64,000 nt of DNA from Heteronotia binoei (lineage: Eukaryota), in contig NC_083243.1 of NCBI RefSeq assembly GCF_032191835.1, forward strand, positions 59,520,001 to 59,584,000, written 5' to 3'. The translations under genes were made by a program, and so were the position numbers. The notes below the pieces were generated by a model. That model worked only from the letters and a program-made list of their open reading frames with translations. It was not told the origin of the DNA and made no database searches. Below are positions 36,876 through 49,929 of this stretch, in pieces. Positions within the stretch are counted from its first letter, which is position 1. Each line of letters opens with the position of its first letter.

Positions 36876-39800
36876 ATAAAGGGACAGCAGGATGGGACCC
36901 AAACGTCTAGATTCTTGAGCATCCCTACAAAGGACAGGAAAGGAGCACTCATGTTCTTGTACTTTCATCAGAATTCCAGTTCTTCAGCTCTACCTAATGT
37001 CAGTGTTCTACACAGCAGATTAGGTACAGGCCCAAATTCAGGTGTCCTAGTTATAGACAACAAGCCATGAATGGATGTTGGTGCATGTGGCTTAATCTTG
37101 CCTATGTGTACGTAATAGATTGCTTGGTAGGTTCATATGGGAGTAGTCAGTCCTTCAATATCTGCTGATTCTTAACAAGAGTAATAGCTGGGATTCAGAC
37201 TTGATTGACAGCACAAATAATCTGTGAGAGATTTTTTTTAATTTTTTTAAATATATATACAGCATTTCAGGGCCAAGATATTTTTGTTCTGTACCAGACA
37301 GGAACATTTGCCCAACATGTGAGCATTAAGTGAGATTTTTCTGTATATTTATATTGATACCTGAATGCTTACAACTTGTCTTATTGGCAATATGTCTTAC
37401 ATACAGATCTACACATACCTCCTTAGAAAAAGAGCTTGTGACATGTTTTGTGAATGGATTTTCTATAGGGAATTTATACAAAGCCTATATTATGTCTATA
37501 CTAGTTTCAGTTAAATTCATTCACATCTTGTTGTGAAGGGTAAATAACACAACAGTTGGATTCTGCAATCATTCTTCAAGCTGACAGGACAATCCTAAAC
37601 AAAGTTACAGCCTTCCATTGACTTTGAAGGGTGTAAATGCTTATCCCCCTCCTCCAGTAAGAATTTATAAATACTTAATCCTTGCTTAGAAAATGCTTTA
37701 AGTTAAATAACAAGATGCTATATTATTTTCATTATTTTAACTCCCTCTACTATTAGTTACATTATCTAAATAAAGAACTTTGTATTTATTTTGCAATGGT
37801 CAGAAAAGAAATGAATGCAGCAATAACCATGCAAAATTTTAAAAAGAACCAAAACAATTCCTTTAAAAGGGCTATTTAACCAAGTTTAGTAGAAACTATA
37901 AATGAGAAGGGTTTTTGTTTTGTTTGCTTGAGGCTGACTAAAGATGTCTGGTACTTGTATCTCAATCATTAGCTTTGTATTAACCTCACTCACCCATTCT
38001 CTTCACAGTAATTAGTGTGGTAAAAATATTCAGAAAATGTGGTTGAAATTTTGCTACTTTGGAACCTTCTGCATTTACAGGCTCCTGCACATTTAAACTT
38101 GATGTGGATCAAGAAAGTGTAATCAATTTTTTTAAAGGATGCCTTCTGACAAATGAAATTCTGAAAAACACAGTCTAGTTCTTCAGGACTTGGTAAAATA
38201 ATAACTTTTTTCTTATTCAAACAGGAATATATAAAGTGTTCATCTTAATTTAGGTTAATACACTAAATATTTTGATATTAAGTACTTTCTGATTAAATTT
38301 GGGGATTTTATGATGTCACATGTGGGCACCATTGGTCCATGTGGCTACCAAGTCTAAATTTATCTGTTTGTTTAAAATATTACAGGCCACCTCTCACTTC
38401 CACTAACAACAAGAAAAGTAGAACAACATAAACAACATTTTATATGTTGTTATAACAGTTTGAAACATTAGAACTATGAGGCATGACTGTATCCCACTGC
38501 AACACAGATGGATGCTGCTTGTATTACACACCCAGGATCAAGCATTTCTTGATGCACATGTACAGTTCACCTTTCTGATCTGCATCAGAGCCTGTTTGAG
38601 CCAATCAGCAGCAGGCAGGGAATGGGTGAGGAGAGGAGGAAGAGCAGTGACCTGCCGTCATGATGTTATATTTCTCGGTGGCTTAAATTATAAGTAGCTT
38701 ATGCAAAACATTTTTGAAAGACCAAGGAACAGTTCCACAGAGCAGGAATTTGAGACTATAGTGGCTTCATTGAACTGGGGCAGGAACTTCTTGCCTAGTG
38801 AGAAAGGACATGCATACTCCTTCATTTTATTCTCACAACAACCTTGTGGGCTAGGTTAGGCTGATGGGGAAAGAGAGAGCAACTGGCTCTATGTCATGAC
38901 TGAAAGGGGATTTTCTTCTGCATCTCCCAGCTCTTAGCCCAGCACTTTAACCACCACATCGCACTATAACCCCTCACCCCCACCTAAAAAAACCCCTTGT
39001 CTACATACTAGGGGTGTGCATTCAGATCTATCTAAGGCAAAAATATACCTGAAAAATACCTTATTGGTATTACAGCCTCTCACTACTGAACAAGTGCATT
39101 CCAGACCCAAGTCACCTGCTTGGAAGTGGAAGGAAAACTAGTTCTGAGTCTGTTACTGGGGTTGCAGGGAAAAGGAGTTCTGTTTGAAGTGCAAGGCAGA
39201 GGTATTCAGCACAATAAAAAAAGCTAACAACAAACTAATTAAGGAAGTGTTCTTAAAGTAAAGGATATGATATGATAGAACACGTTAGGAAAAGTCTATC
39301 ATATATACTGATTGTCAATAGTGCCCTGATCTGCGGATACTTAAATTTGTGAATTAGAGCCACAATGACAGCAGGAAGATTTTCCAGCAAACTTGGGAGA
39401 CTGCCTAGGCTTGCAGAAAAATCTGATTTAAAAAATGGATGGGGTAGTTTAAATCTACCCCTAAATGGAGAAGTACTATCTGTGGTGATACACACAACAT
39501 ACACCCCTTCATTCCCTTCACTCATAGCTGGAGGGGGGGCGAGCAGCAAGAACATTGGTCCTTTGGGAACCTCCAAGCTAGCAAGACAAAGCAATGGAGG
39601 CATGCGCCACGGAGCCACTCACAGCTCCTCACTGGGAGCCTCATTCCTGCCCACTGATGATGCCCACTGCCCACTGATTCCTGCCCACTGACTCAGGATT
39701 GCTCCTCCTCAGATTCATATTCACAGCTGCTGAGCTCCAGGAAGCCTCTCTCTTCATCACTGTCAGTGCTGGCAGGGCTTCTGAAAATGGATGGCAGCCA

Positions 39801-40359
39801 AAGCTACTACCAGCCAGAGAAAAACAAGGAATGCAGCCAGGCAGCCAGGATCAGCATCACACTCTCCTCCTTTCCCTGGCTATGCTGCTGTTCCCCACTT
39901 CCACAAGGGAAAGACTTGACAAGTGGAAGGGATGAGGAGGCAGAAGCAGTAATGGTTTGCTGTTGCTGCTTCTTTTTGCTTCCTCAACTCCCCTCCCCAT
40001 AGAGGAGAGAATGTTGGTAAAAACAAGTTGGGTGGCAGGATGGCATCACTGCCCCAGTCCACAGCAGAGAGAGAAGGTGGGTAATCATCGATTGGCAGGG
40101 GAAAGGCAGTGGCTTCTCTGTATCTCTCCCCCACAAATGGTCAGCAGGACAACCAAGAGAAAATAGCCACCCACCCACCCCAAAATAGGAATGCCCAAGT
40201 GAAGATGGACCTCATGAGAACTGATTCTCCCCTATCCTATCTCACTTATTGTGCCGTTCTTCTGGGCCACAGGCCGCTTCTTTTCCCTCACTATGGAATG
40301 GAGTTGATATTATGAGGGGCAATTCATATTGCTGCAAGGGGAAAAACACAGACACTCAC

Positions 40360-40368
40360 CTTGTTTTT
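40360..40368 (-). other. Candidate 9-nt microexon AAAAACAAG
   Basis: TTTTGTCTTGCTTGTTACAG|AAAAACAAG|GTGAGT; UGC at -12 to -10. Confidence 0.45.
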
Positions 40369-40809
40369 CTGTAACAAGCAAGACAAAATGAACAAAGCTA
40401 CTGACACTTGCTCCTACCAAGTCTTCAAATTTAAAAAAATTGACTTTGGTCAGTGTAATAATTTCACAAACAACAACAACTCCAGAAGCGCACAGTGCCA
40501 AAAGGATTAAAAGTTTTCTTGGAACAGAAGCATGGCCTTTTCAGGCCTCTGCTTGAACAAAAACTAACAACCAACGGAGGAAGTGAAACCAAACTACAGC
40601 ACAATCTTTTTGGCCCTAAGGGACCAGGGGAAAATAACTAAACAGTTCAATGAGAGAACATCAAATTCACAACTTGCCATGATATAACACCCCTCTTCCT
40701 ATAAAACTCAATCTAAAGTGTTAATCTATCTTGTTCTTCTTAATCTCCCAGACTTCTGGGAACCAGTTATTTTACAGTTGGTCTGTGACAGTTCTTGACT
40801 TTTACTGCC

Positions 40810-41500
40810 TGAGGGAGGCTGCAGGGCTGGCGCATGAGAGTCGGCGAACTAGGCAACAGCCTAAGGCGCCAGCTCCCACAGGGAACCCCCACCGCCACCC
40901 TCCTCCCTCCCTCCGTGGCGCTGGAAGCCAGTGCTGCGCTCCGCTCAGCCCACCCTGCCCGCCGCCCACCTCCCTCCCTTCATGGTGCTGGAAGCCAGTG
41001 CCGTGCTCTGCTCGCCCCACCCCCCTGAGCCTAGGCTGGTCCTTACCAGCTTCAATGGCTGTGCGTGGCTTCTAAGTATTTGAAGATCCCATGAGAGAAA
41101 AGTTCACTCCCCCTCACTTCCAGTTCCAGGAAGGAGGGAGAGTGAACTCTCCTCCCACGGGCCCTTCAAACACTTAGAAGCCACGGCGCAGCCATTGAAG
41201 CTGGTAAGGACTGGTGGCGGGGAGGGGGGAGAGAGTGCGGCTGCGACGGAGGGAGGGAGGAAGGGCGACAGAGTGACAGATCAGCCTGGGGTGGATGCGT
41301 GATGGAGTGCGGCACTGCAAAGCAGCACTACAAAGGGAAGGGGGGAGGGTGCCCGCTCTTGCCAAGGCTTCATAAGCCTCGGCAAGGTGGGGGGGTTCCT
41401 GGCTCTCTCCCACCCCTGTGCACAGCCTGATGATGTCATCATGATGTGCGCTATGCGGGCGCAAAAGTTAAAAAAAAGGACAGGGTGCGCTGCTCCTCAG
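40810..41500. mobile_element. GC-rich non-autonomous element with central hairpin and short tandem duplication
   Basis: Inverted arms 41039-41211; duplicated GGCGCTGGAAGCCAGTGC unit; ends not securely defined. Confidence 0.55.
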
Positions 41501-41959
41501 TCACTCCTGATGTGTGACTCTTCAGGGACTGCTGGTGATTGTTGTGGGATTGTCCCCTTCCTCAGCTATGTCTGGGACATCCCCACTGCCCCTCAATGTT
41601 GGCCCATCCTGCGTTGCTACTTTCATCCCCTGGCTTTCCTGGTGCTGTGAGGACATCCTACTGATCTAATCTAAATGTCTTTTAAGTTGCCATCCTGAAA
41701 TCTGCTCTACCTGAAAGGATAATAGCCCTTATCACTCCCTCTTCCAAAAAAGCCATACCCAGACATGGTTCCCCAGTTGAAAGGCACATGGAACTGGTTG
41801 AGGGAAGCATCCATGGTGCATAGCCACTTGGCCTTAGTACACTTTTAGCGCCTACTGTTATTTCAGAAAATCTAAATGCGAGTAGAGGAACCAACCAAAC
41901 ATGAGCTCCACAGGGGAGACCCTATTTGTGGTATGAGGAGTTACCCAGTATCACAAGGG

Positions 41960-42490
41960 GAATCTGGCTACCTGAGTTTCTAGAGGTATCTTCCCCAGTT
42001 TCATTGACTGCACTGCCTGTTCTGCCAATTCATTAGAGGAGGGATGATAGGGGGCAGTGTAGATGTGCTGAATACATGGCATTCCATTAACTCCTGGAAT
42101 GTGGCCCCTGTGAGAGTTGGGGCATTGTCAGTGACTAAGATTTCCAGCAAGTCAAAGGTGGCAAATATTTGTCTCAAGTGTCCCTCTGTGGCCTTAGCCG
42201 TGATGAAAAATATTACCCATACCTCCAACCATTTGGTAAGGGCATCTACCACTACCATCAGCATTGTGCCCCAAATCTGGTCTGCAAAGTCAACATGCAG
42301 CCCAGCCCAGGGTTGAGCTGGCCATTTCCAGAGGTGGATTGATACAGCCAGCAGCACTGGATAACCGTCCTGACAACAGGTGCAGGACCCCACCAACCAC
42401 TCAATGTCATGTTCCAGATCTGGCCCTCAAACTAACCACAGGTCATTTCTTTCATCCTACAAATACCAGGGGCTGTGTCAAGAAGTTGGC
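41960..42490 (-). pseudogene. Gypsy/Ty3 integrase fragment
   Basis: WKWPAQPWAGLHVDFA..VVVDALTKWLEV..LRQIFATFDLLEILVTDNAP; upstream CPGICRMK zinc-binding remnant. Confidence 0.85.
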
Positions 42491-43336
42491 TCAAGACCCA
42501 GACTCTCAGTTTATGGGGTACTACAACTCTGCTCCCCCAGATGAGATAGCCAGCATGAAATTGTCTTGTGAAAAATTGGCTGAAAGTTTCCTCCCAGACA
42601 TGGGTAGGTCACCTATGCTGCACCCAATCCACAATAAGTATCAACTGCACATCTCTGTTATGATCTGCCCTGAGTCCACTCACGGGATAGAGTGGACTAG
42701 TCATTAACAAAAATAAATAAATCTATGGATTTCATAGCTGGTGTGCTCTGCAGTTATGGGCATCCCACTGAGCAAATCTACAAGCAGGATCATATCTCCT
42801 GTTTCCAGTACTCACAAAACTGCCCCTACCTCATACTGGGAGGCATCACAAGCCAACATAATGAATAATCTAGGGTCAAAATGTGTTAGGATCCTGGAAG
42901 ATTGTAGGAAACTCTTTGAAGTTTTAAATACTGTCTTGAGCCCTCTCTCATTTCTGTGGAACATTTGTCAACAACTCATAAAAAGGACCAATACTGTGGG
43001 CAAGTTGGATAAAAAACCAAGTTTCCTACCTGTAACTGATGATCTTCGAGTGGTCATCTGTGCATTCACACTCATGGGATGAAGCGCCAGCACCGATCCC
43101 TGATCGGTAACTCCAAAGTCCGGAATTTTTCGCTGCCCAACCCCGGTATGCCCACCCGATGGGTGTGAATATCCCACCAGTTCCTTCCCACCACCACCTA
43201 TCAAGAGTACCATGACCGGCAGCAGAGGGGAAGGAGGGTGGGTAGTGTGAATGCACAGATGACCACTCGAAGATCCTCAGTTACAGGAAGGAAACCTATC
43301 TTCTTTGTGGTCTCTGTGCTTCACACTCATGGGAGG

Positions 43337-44400
43337 TTAGCAAGCTAGAGTCACCTGGAGGAGGGAGCTGGTGGTTGCTGAAGTAGTGGCTTGAAGGACC
43401 AGGGAACCCAGCTGTGCTCTGCGACGCTTCCGTACATCCAGGGCATAACGTCGCATGAGGACATGAGGAGATGCCCAGGTTGCAGCCAAGCAGATGTCTG
43501 CCAAGGAAGCACCCTTCAGAAACGCTGTGGATGTAGCCATAGCCCTAGTGGAATGCTCACGGAGTGGCCCTGGCAAGGGATGCTTAGCCAACAGGTAGCA
43601 AAGTTTAATGGCTTTCATGATCCACTTAGAAAGTCTCTGTGCAGAAATCTTGAAACCCAACTTAGGGGCCGCGTAGGAGACAAATAGATTGGGATCCTTC
43701 CTAAATGGCTTGGTGCGATGCACAAAAACAACACCCTCTTAACATCCAAGGTGTGCAGACATCTCTCTTCTGCAGAAGAAGGAGAAGGGTAAAAGGCAGG
43801 CAAAAACACTTCCAAATTAAGGTGGAAACTAGGCACCACCTTAGGGAGAAACGATATGTCCAGGGTCAAGGACACCCCGTCATCCTGAAAAGAGATGTAT
43901 GGAGCATCACACCATAGAGCCACTACCTCACCTGCCCTCCTGACCGTAGTGATGGCCACTAAGAAGGCAGTCTTCCAGGCTAGAAGATGCAACGGGCAGG
44001 TAGCCAAAGGTTCAAAAGGCTTCCTTGAGAGCCGGTCCAGGACCAGCGGCAAATCCCAAGCAGGACGAGGAACCTCAGCCGGTGAGTGAAGCTGCAGAAG
44101 ACCCTTCAAAAAACGTTTTGTATGCTGGTGTGCCATCAGCATCCACAGGGTCGTTATGAGCCGAGATGGCAGTCAGATATACTTGAATCGAGGAATGATT
44201 AAGTCCAGCATCAACAAGAGACAGTAAAAATTCAAACACAAACTCAAGACCAGCAGAACATGCACTGATACCTTTGTCCCACAAAAAAGACAGGAACTTA
44301 ACCCACTTTCCCGCATAGGAGCGGCGAGTTGACAACTTTCTACTGTTCAATATCACATGTTGCACTCTGTCAGAGAATTCTAGAAACTGACCCTCCAAGC
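43337..44400 (-). pseudogene. DIRS tyrosine recombinase, frameshifted
   Basis: WKTAFLVAITTVRRAGEV, EHSTRAMATS, ATWASPHVLMRRY in ORFs 43615-44142 and 43337-43723; N-terminal part in 44075-44794. Confidence 0.9.
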
Positions 44401-46150
44401 CATCAATTTGAGGTGAAGGATGTCGTGGTGAAACAGGTGGCCTCCTTGAGCCAAAAGGTCTGGTTCCAACGGAAACTTGTGACACTCCCCTGCCATGGCT
44501 AGGAGGACAGGAAACCAAGTCTGTCGAGGCCACCACGGAGCAACTAGGATGCACTCCAGACTCTCCTGGGACAATTTGTGAAGCACTCTGGTGAGAAGAG
44601 GCAAGGGTGGAAACAGGTAAAGGAACTTGTCTGCCCACGGAAGTAGAAGACCGTCCCCTAGGGACCTTGGATCCGTCCCTTCTCTGGAGCAGAACTGTTC
44701 TCAATTTCAATTGTTTGCCATGGCAAATACATCTATTCTGGGATGACCCCACTCCTGGAACAGAGGTTCGAGGTATCTCCAGTTCATTTCCCATTCATGA
44801 TGGGAGCCGTCTCCCCTACTCAGGGAGTCCACTCGAACATTGAGCTCCCTGGGCAGGTGGGTGGCTACAATGAAGGTCTAAGAAGCTATGCAGGTCTCTC
44901 AAAGCTGCATCACCAACGCACACAGCTTTCTGGACACTGTCCCCCCTTGATGATTTTTATAACTGACAGCCGTCATATTGTCCGACATCACAGCTACAGT
45001 CTGACCGTTGATAGGGGTAGAAATGATCAGAAGGCCAGATGAACTGCCATGAGCTCTAAAAAAATGATGTGATGGTGAGTCATTGACGAGGGCCATGGGC
45101 CGCCTATGCAAAGATCTCCGAGGTGCACTCCCCATCCCCACAGCGAGGCATCCGTTGTTATTGTGAGCAAGGGGAGGGAGAGATGAAATGGAGCTCCTCC
45201 GCAAGGATTGGACTTCATTCTCCACCAATCCAGAGAGTGTAGCATCAGTGATGGGACTTGCAGAATCTTGGATGGGAGATCTCTCACCGGATTGTAAATC
45301 CTGATGAACCAGAGCTGGAGGATTCACATCCTCAGCCTCACGAAGCACAAAACATTGGTAGTAGCTGCCATGAGGCCCAAGAGGTGTTGGATCTGCAGAA
45401 CAGAAGCGCATCTCACCGCCTGAAGGAGTTGAACCAGGGAGATGATATCCAACGCTTGGGAATCTGGAAGAAACATTAGGTGTTGGTTGGTGTCCAAAAT
45501 CGCTCCTATAAATTGAACTCTTTGCGCTGGAATCAGGTGAGACTTCTTCTCATTCACCAGAAGTCCTAGTGCACTCAAAAGATTGAGAATCACTTGTAGA
45601 TGCATTCTGAGAGAAGCTTCGGACACAGCAACCACCAACCAATTGTCTATGTAGGGAAAAAGGATGATACCCTGGAGACAAAGGTAAGCCACCACAACAA
45701 CCATGGTCTTTGTGAAGACCCTGGAGGCCGTAGAGAGCCCAAAGGGGAGCACCTGGTATTGAAAATGGTGCATCCCAATGGCAAACCGAAGAAACCTGTG
45801 ACCCGGGAGGATGCTGATGTGGATGAATTCGTTCAGGCCCCTCAGATCCATGATCGGACGAAATCCACCATCCCGCTTGGAAACCATGAAGTACCTGGAG
45901 TAGAACCCCTGCCCCTTAAGATGATCGGGAACAAGTTCTATAGCTTGCTTGCTAAACAGATTTTGAACTTTCTCCAGTAGAACCATTGTCGGGTGTGTGA
46001 TCACCAATCTGGGATAAGAAGGGGGCTGAACAAATTCTATTGCATAACCCTCCTGTATGATGGACAAGACACACTTGTCGGTGGTAATCCACCGCCATGC
46101 TTGCAGAAATCTGTGGAGGTGGGTGGGCCCAGAGGAGGGAGGGGGGACAC
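44380..46150 (-). pseudogene. DIRS RT / RNase H / MT-like ORF with deletion and catalytic loss
   Basis: YSRYFMVSKRDG, LPFGLSTAS, YIDNWL (YxDD to YxDN); the segment containing DLKDAYF is deleted; TTDASLWGWG; LVAPWWPRQTW. Confidence 0.9.
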
Positions 46151-46155
46151 CAAAG

Positions 46156-47680
46156 TCACAGTCCCTGCTTGGGATTCCTGCCAGTCTTAGACTTTCCCAT
46201 GTGAGAGGAAAAAGAAGAAAGCTTGGTTTTCCCCCCTGCAGCAAAGGAACTTTTGGCCTCATGCTGTCCCATATGTGGCTTCCACGAACTCTCAGGGGAT
46301 TTGGTGTGGTAGGGCTTCTTAGGCCATTGTTTGGACCATGGACGAGACTTGCCAGGGCGAGGGGAAGATGAAGGTACCCCCAGATTATGAGATGTCTTAA
46401 TGCTCTTGTCCATTTCTTGTAGAACCGCATCCGTAGTGGAGTTGAATAGACCCTCACCTTCAAAGGGAAGGTCCTCTACCCAGGATCTGGTGTCTAACTG
46501 GAGGGCGGTGGCTCGAAGCCAAGAATGACGACGCAATGTAATGGCCGAGGTAAGTGTCTTAGCTGCAGTGTCCACCATATGTTTTGAAGCTTGCAGCTGT
46601 TGTTTTATCAGGAGCATTCCCTCCCTTTGGGCCTTTTTGGCCAAAGTGCACTTATCCTCAGGCAGAGAAGCTAGGAGCGATGAAAGTTGCTCCCAGAGGG
46701 AATACTGGTATCTCGCCATGCAGGCAGAATAATTATAAATTTTAATTCCAAGAGTGCCTGCAGAATAAAAAGTGCCTGCCAAAAGTGTCAATCCTCTTCC
46801 CTTCTTTATCTGGAGGTGAGATGTGGGTCTTCTTAGCCTTGGATGGGGACAACACAACTACAGAGTTGGGGTGTGGATGGTTAAAGGGAAACTCTGCGCC
46901 CTGTTCCTGGATCCTGTACATGTGATCCATACGCTTGGAAGAAATAGGGGTGGAGGCAGGCTTGGACCAAGGATCTTTGATGGCTTGCAAGATGACCTTA
47001 GTAATGGGAAGGGCTACTGCTGTTGAAGTGTCCTTCTGCATAATGTCAAAGACTGTGTCGTCAATGACCGGTTGAGGCTGGACCACTGGCAAAGCCAAGG
47101 AATGTGCCATTCTTTTAATGAGCTCCCCATAGGATTTCAACTCTTCGGAAGGAGAGATTGGAAGATCCTCTGCTATCCTGGATTCTGGGGATGATACCTC
47201 CTGGTGATGGCCCGACTGCTCCTCCCCCTCGTCATCGGAGGTCAATGGCGATGAAGATGCACTCTCAGCCGATGGTAAACCTGCAGCGTCGATGGCAATT
47301 CTAGTCGAGGAGGTTTTCTCGACGTCAGGACCACTGAAATGTGCTGGCTTCCTGACCAGCTTTGGGGTTGAAGTCGGCATCGATGAATCTCAGTGATGTG
47401 GTGGAGAATGCGCCGAGACCCTGGAGTGGTGTGAGGCTTCCGAGTGCTGATCCCAGTCTGGGTTCTGAGGAGAGTACCAAGGGTATGGCGAATGAAAGGG
47501 ATAGCCCCCAAACAGATAATCCCACAGTCGGGGGTCCCAGTTGGGCAGAGGATGAGGACGTCTAAAAAGGTCCGAAGGCTCCCCAAATCTCTCAGGCTGG
47601 ATCAAGGGCATCGTCAGTGTCAAGTGGTCCCTCAGCTGCGAAATGTCTGTCTGATGCTGAACTCGGATCGCCACCCAATG
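46156..47680 (-). pseudogene. DIRS gag-like ORF1, C-terminal part
   Basis: EDLPISPSEELKSYGELIKRMAHSL, RRHSWLRATAL, VEDLPFEGEGLF, homologous to copy 1. Confidence 0.88.
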
Positions 47681-49137
47681 ATTTAAGTGTAAAACACTAT
47701 ATTTCACCTGGAGTTAGTAAATGAAAAAACCTGAAGGTAGTAAATGAAAAAAATAGGTACTGGAAATTAGAATATTATTGTTCTTTACCATGTTTTATGA
47801 TGATGTTATTGTTTTAAAATATCACTGATGATGGCTGTTTTAGTTTATAGAGTTTTAATTAGTAAGTAAAAATCAGTTTTTTTCATTTTATGTTTTTTCT
47901 GTTATTAATACTTTATGCTGATTTTATTAGTCTTTGGTATTGTGTTTCCTTTAAGCAGGTCAAGGAAAGGCAGCATATATGGTTTCTAAAATAAATATTG
48001 TTTCATTTTCAGTTGTTAGCAATTTTGGGCAGACTTTTTTTATAAATCTTTCAAATATAAATACATAAAGTTTCCTGCCAAAATGCATGAGCAGGTTTTA
48101 TGTCTCAGTTAATAGGCTACAAAGGTATTCTGGAAGCACATCCTCATAATATTGCCATTATTGGTTTTTAATTAATTTGTACAATATTTGCTGAGGGATG
48201 TTTATTCAATATTGCTGAAACAAACCTGCAAGAACATGGTTGGGATTTGTTTAAACTGGGATACTTTTTAAAACCTCTCCAGTATTTAAAATGCTTCTAG
48301 AACTATATTCTAAGGAAGAATACATGATACTAGCAGCATTAATAATTACAGCTGGGCTTTCAAAAGCTAAATTGCCATGTACTATTAGAATATAGTAGCA
48401 TGAAGGCTGCAACTCTTTCAAAGAAGGTATATCCTGAAGAACCATTAGCTAGTTTGCTAAACTTGGGAATGTGCTGAGTTCACACCTGACTGTCATTGCA
48501 GCAAGCTGTGCTAGCGGATAAACTGGGAGCCACCTTAAAGCACCATGGAGCTGGAATCCAAATTCTAATTTGCAAAGTGCATCTGCTTTATAAAGCCTTT
48601 TTACAGCAGACTCATAATTAGAAAAACATGGCTTATATTTCTCTCACTTCCTACACCATTAAAAAACTGGCTTTATTTTTAAAACACTAATTACATGATG
48701 GGGAAAAGCCTCTAATTTCTGAGAACACACTCAACTAAGACAAATAATTTGTAAGCAGTGAAAAAAAATCTCTGGTGGCAGAGAAATTATGTGGTACTGT
48801 ACAGAGGCTTTATTAGGCAAACACATTTGGTGCTCAAGATGTTGGGTTCTCCCACACTTCCGATTTATTCCTGGTTTTCAGACTATCACAGCAGGAAGCA
48901 AATTAAGTCCTTTTGTTAAAGAATAAAAGTAATTTGTCATATTAGACTATTGTTGCTAAAAGAATCACAGTCTCCTAAACAAACAAGGAAGGCTGCTGTT
49001 GATTTTGGATGCATTCCACCTGGCACACACTTCACACCATTCAAAAATGTGTCAAGGTAGGATTTTCAGAGGGAAGCTAGCCATTTCAAAGATGTGAGCT
49101 ATGGAAAAAAGATGCTTCATGGGCCGCTCCTCCTTAC

Positions 49138-49146
49138 CACTTTTTT
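49138..49146 (-). other. Candidate 9-nt microexon AAAAAAGTG
   Basis: GATTTCTTTGTAG|AAAAAAGTG|GTAAGG; short pyrimidine tract. Confidence 0.25.
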
Positions 49147-49864
49147 CTACAAAGAAATCATATTTCCTGTGGTGATATAGTCTTTTTTTATCACAAGAAA
49201 AAAAAATGCATTTTATAAATGAGAATACATAGTCATTGTACTCATTGTACCCAGCAATATCAGGAATAATCAGAAGATATTTTACAAAGACTCTGATGTA
49301 AAGGAGATATGTATATGTTTAAAATAAATAAATATATGTCATTGCATACCTTTGGGAAAGCTTTTTCTCATGTGAGCATACTTTCTTTCCCAATATCAGC
49401 TGACCAGGCTTTGCTCTCAGTACAAGCAATTAGAAAAAATTAGTTTATGACACCTTCTTAGTGATGGTGCTGCAATTACTTTGTTTTACTTGCAAATCAG
49501 GGCATACTCACTCAGGCAATCACCACTTCATAATTATAATTTCAAGTGAAGAAATGCATGCATGAAATGTTTATTACCAAACACTACAGTCATCTCACAT
49601 ACTACACGATATTTTCATGCAAAGGCCCTAATTCAGATATATAACTGTGCTTTGATTTTGTCAATACATAAATGCTATTGAAGTTCACAAACTGGAAATA
49701 TCATAGTGAACTTTATTACTTCTTGAAACACAGAAAATAACACTGCAGATATAGAGGGTTGCAGATATTCTGTAGGAATATAAACATAACAAATGGATCT
49801 GACCATTGTTCAATTTACCCTCCAGAAATATGTGCAATTCCATTTTAGACCTATATAGAGCCTA

Positions 49865-49925
49865 CCCTGACCTGGATGGCCCAGAATAGTCTGATCTTGT
49901 CAGATCTTGGAAGCTAAGTAGGGCC
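49865..49925 (+). mobile_element. 5S-derived SINE head, truncated
   Basis: CTGATCTTGTCAGATCTTGGAAGCTAAG as at 29875; abuts Gypsy integrase sequence. Confidence 0.7.
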
Positions 49926-49929
49926 GTCA

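Larger units (their letters stand above)
43015..47680 (-). mobile_element. Second DIRS1-group element, divergent family, 5'-truncated
   Basis: Right ITR about 43021-43185, ICR 43244-43334, then YR, RT/RH/MT and gag pieces; left ITR and gag finger absent; homology stops at about 47680. Confidence 0.93.

Noticed and set aside
40579-40588. Ets-IRF composite motif GGAAGTGAAA
   Set aside because: A single 10-mer is expected by chance at this scale and has no supporting context.
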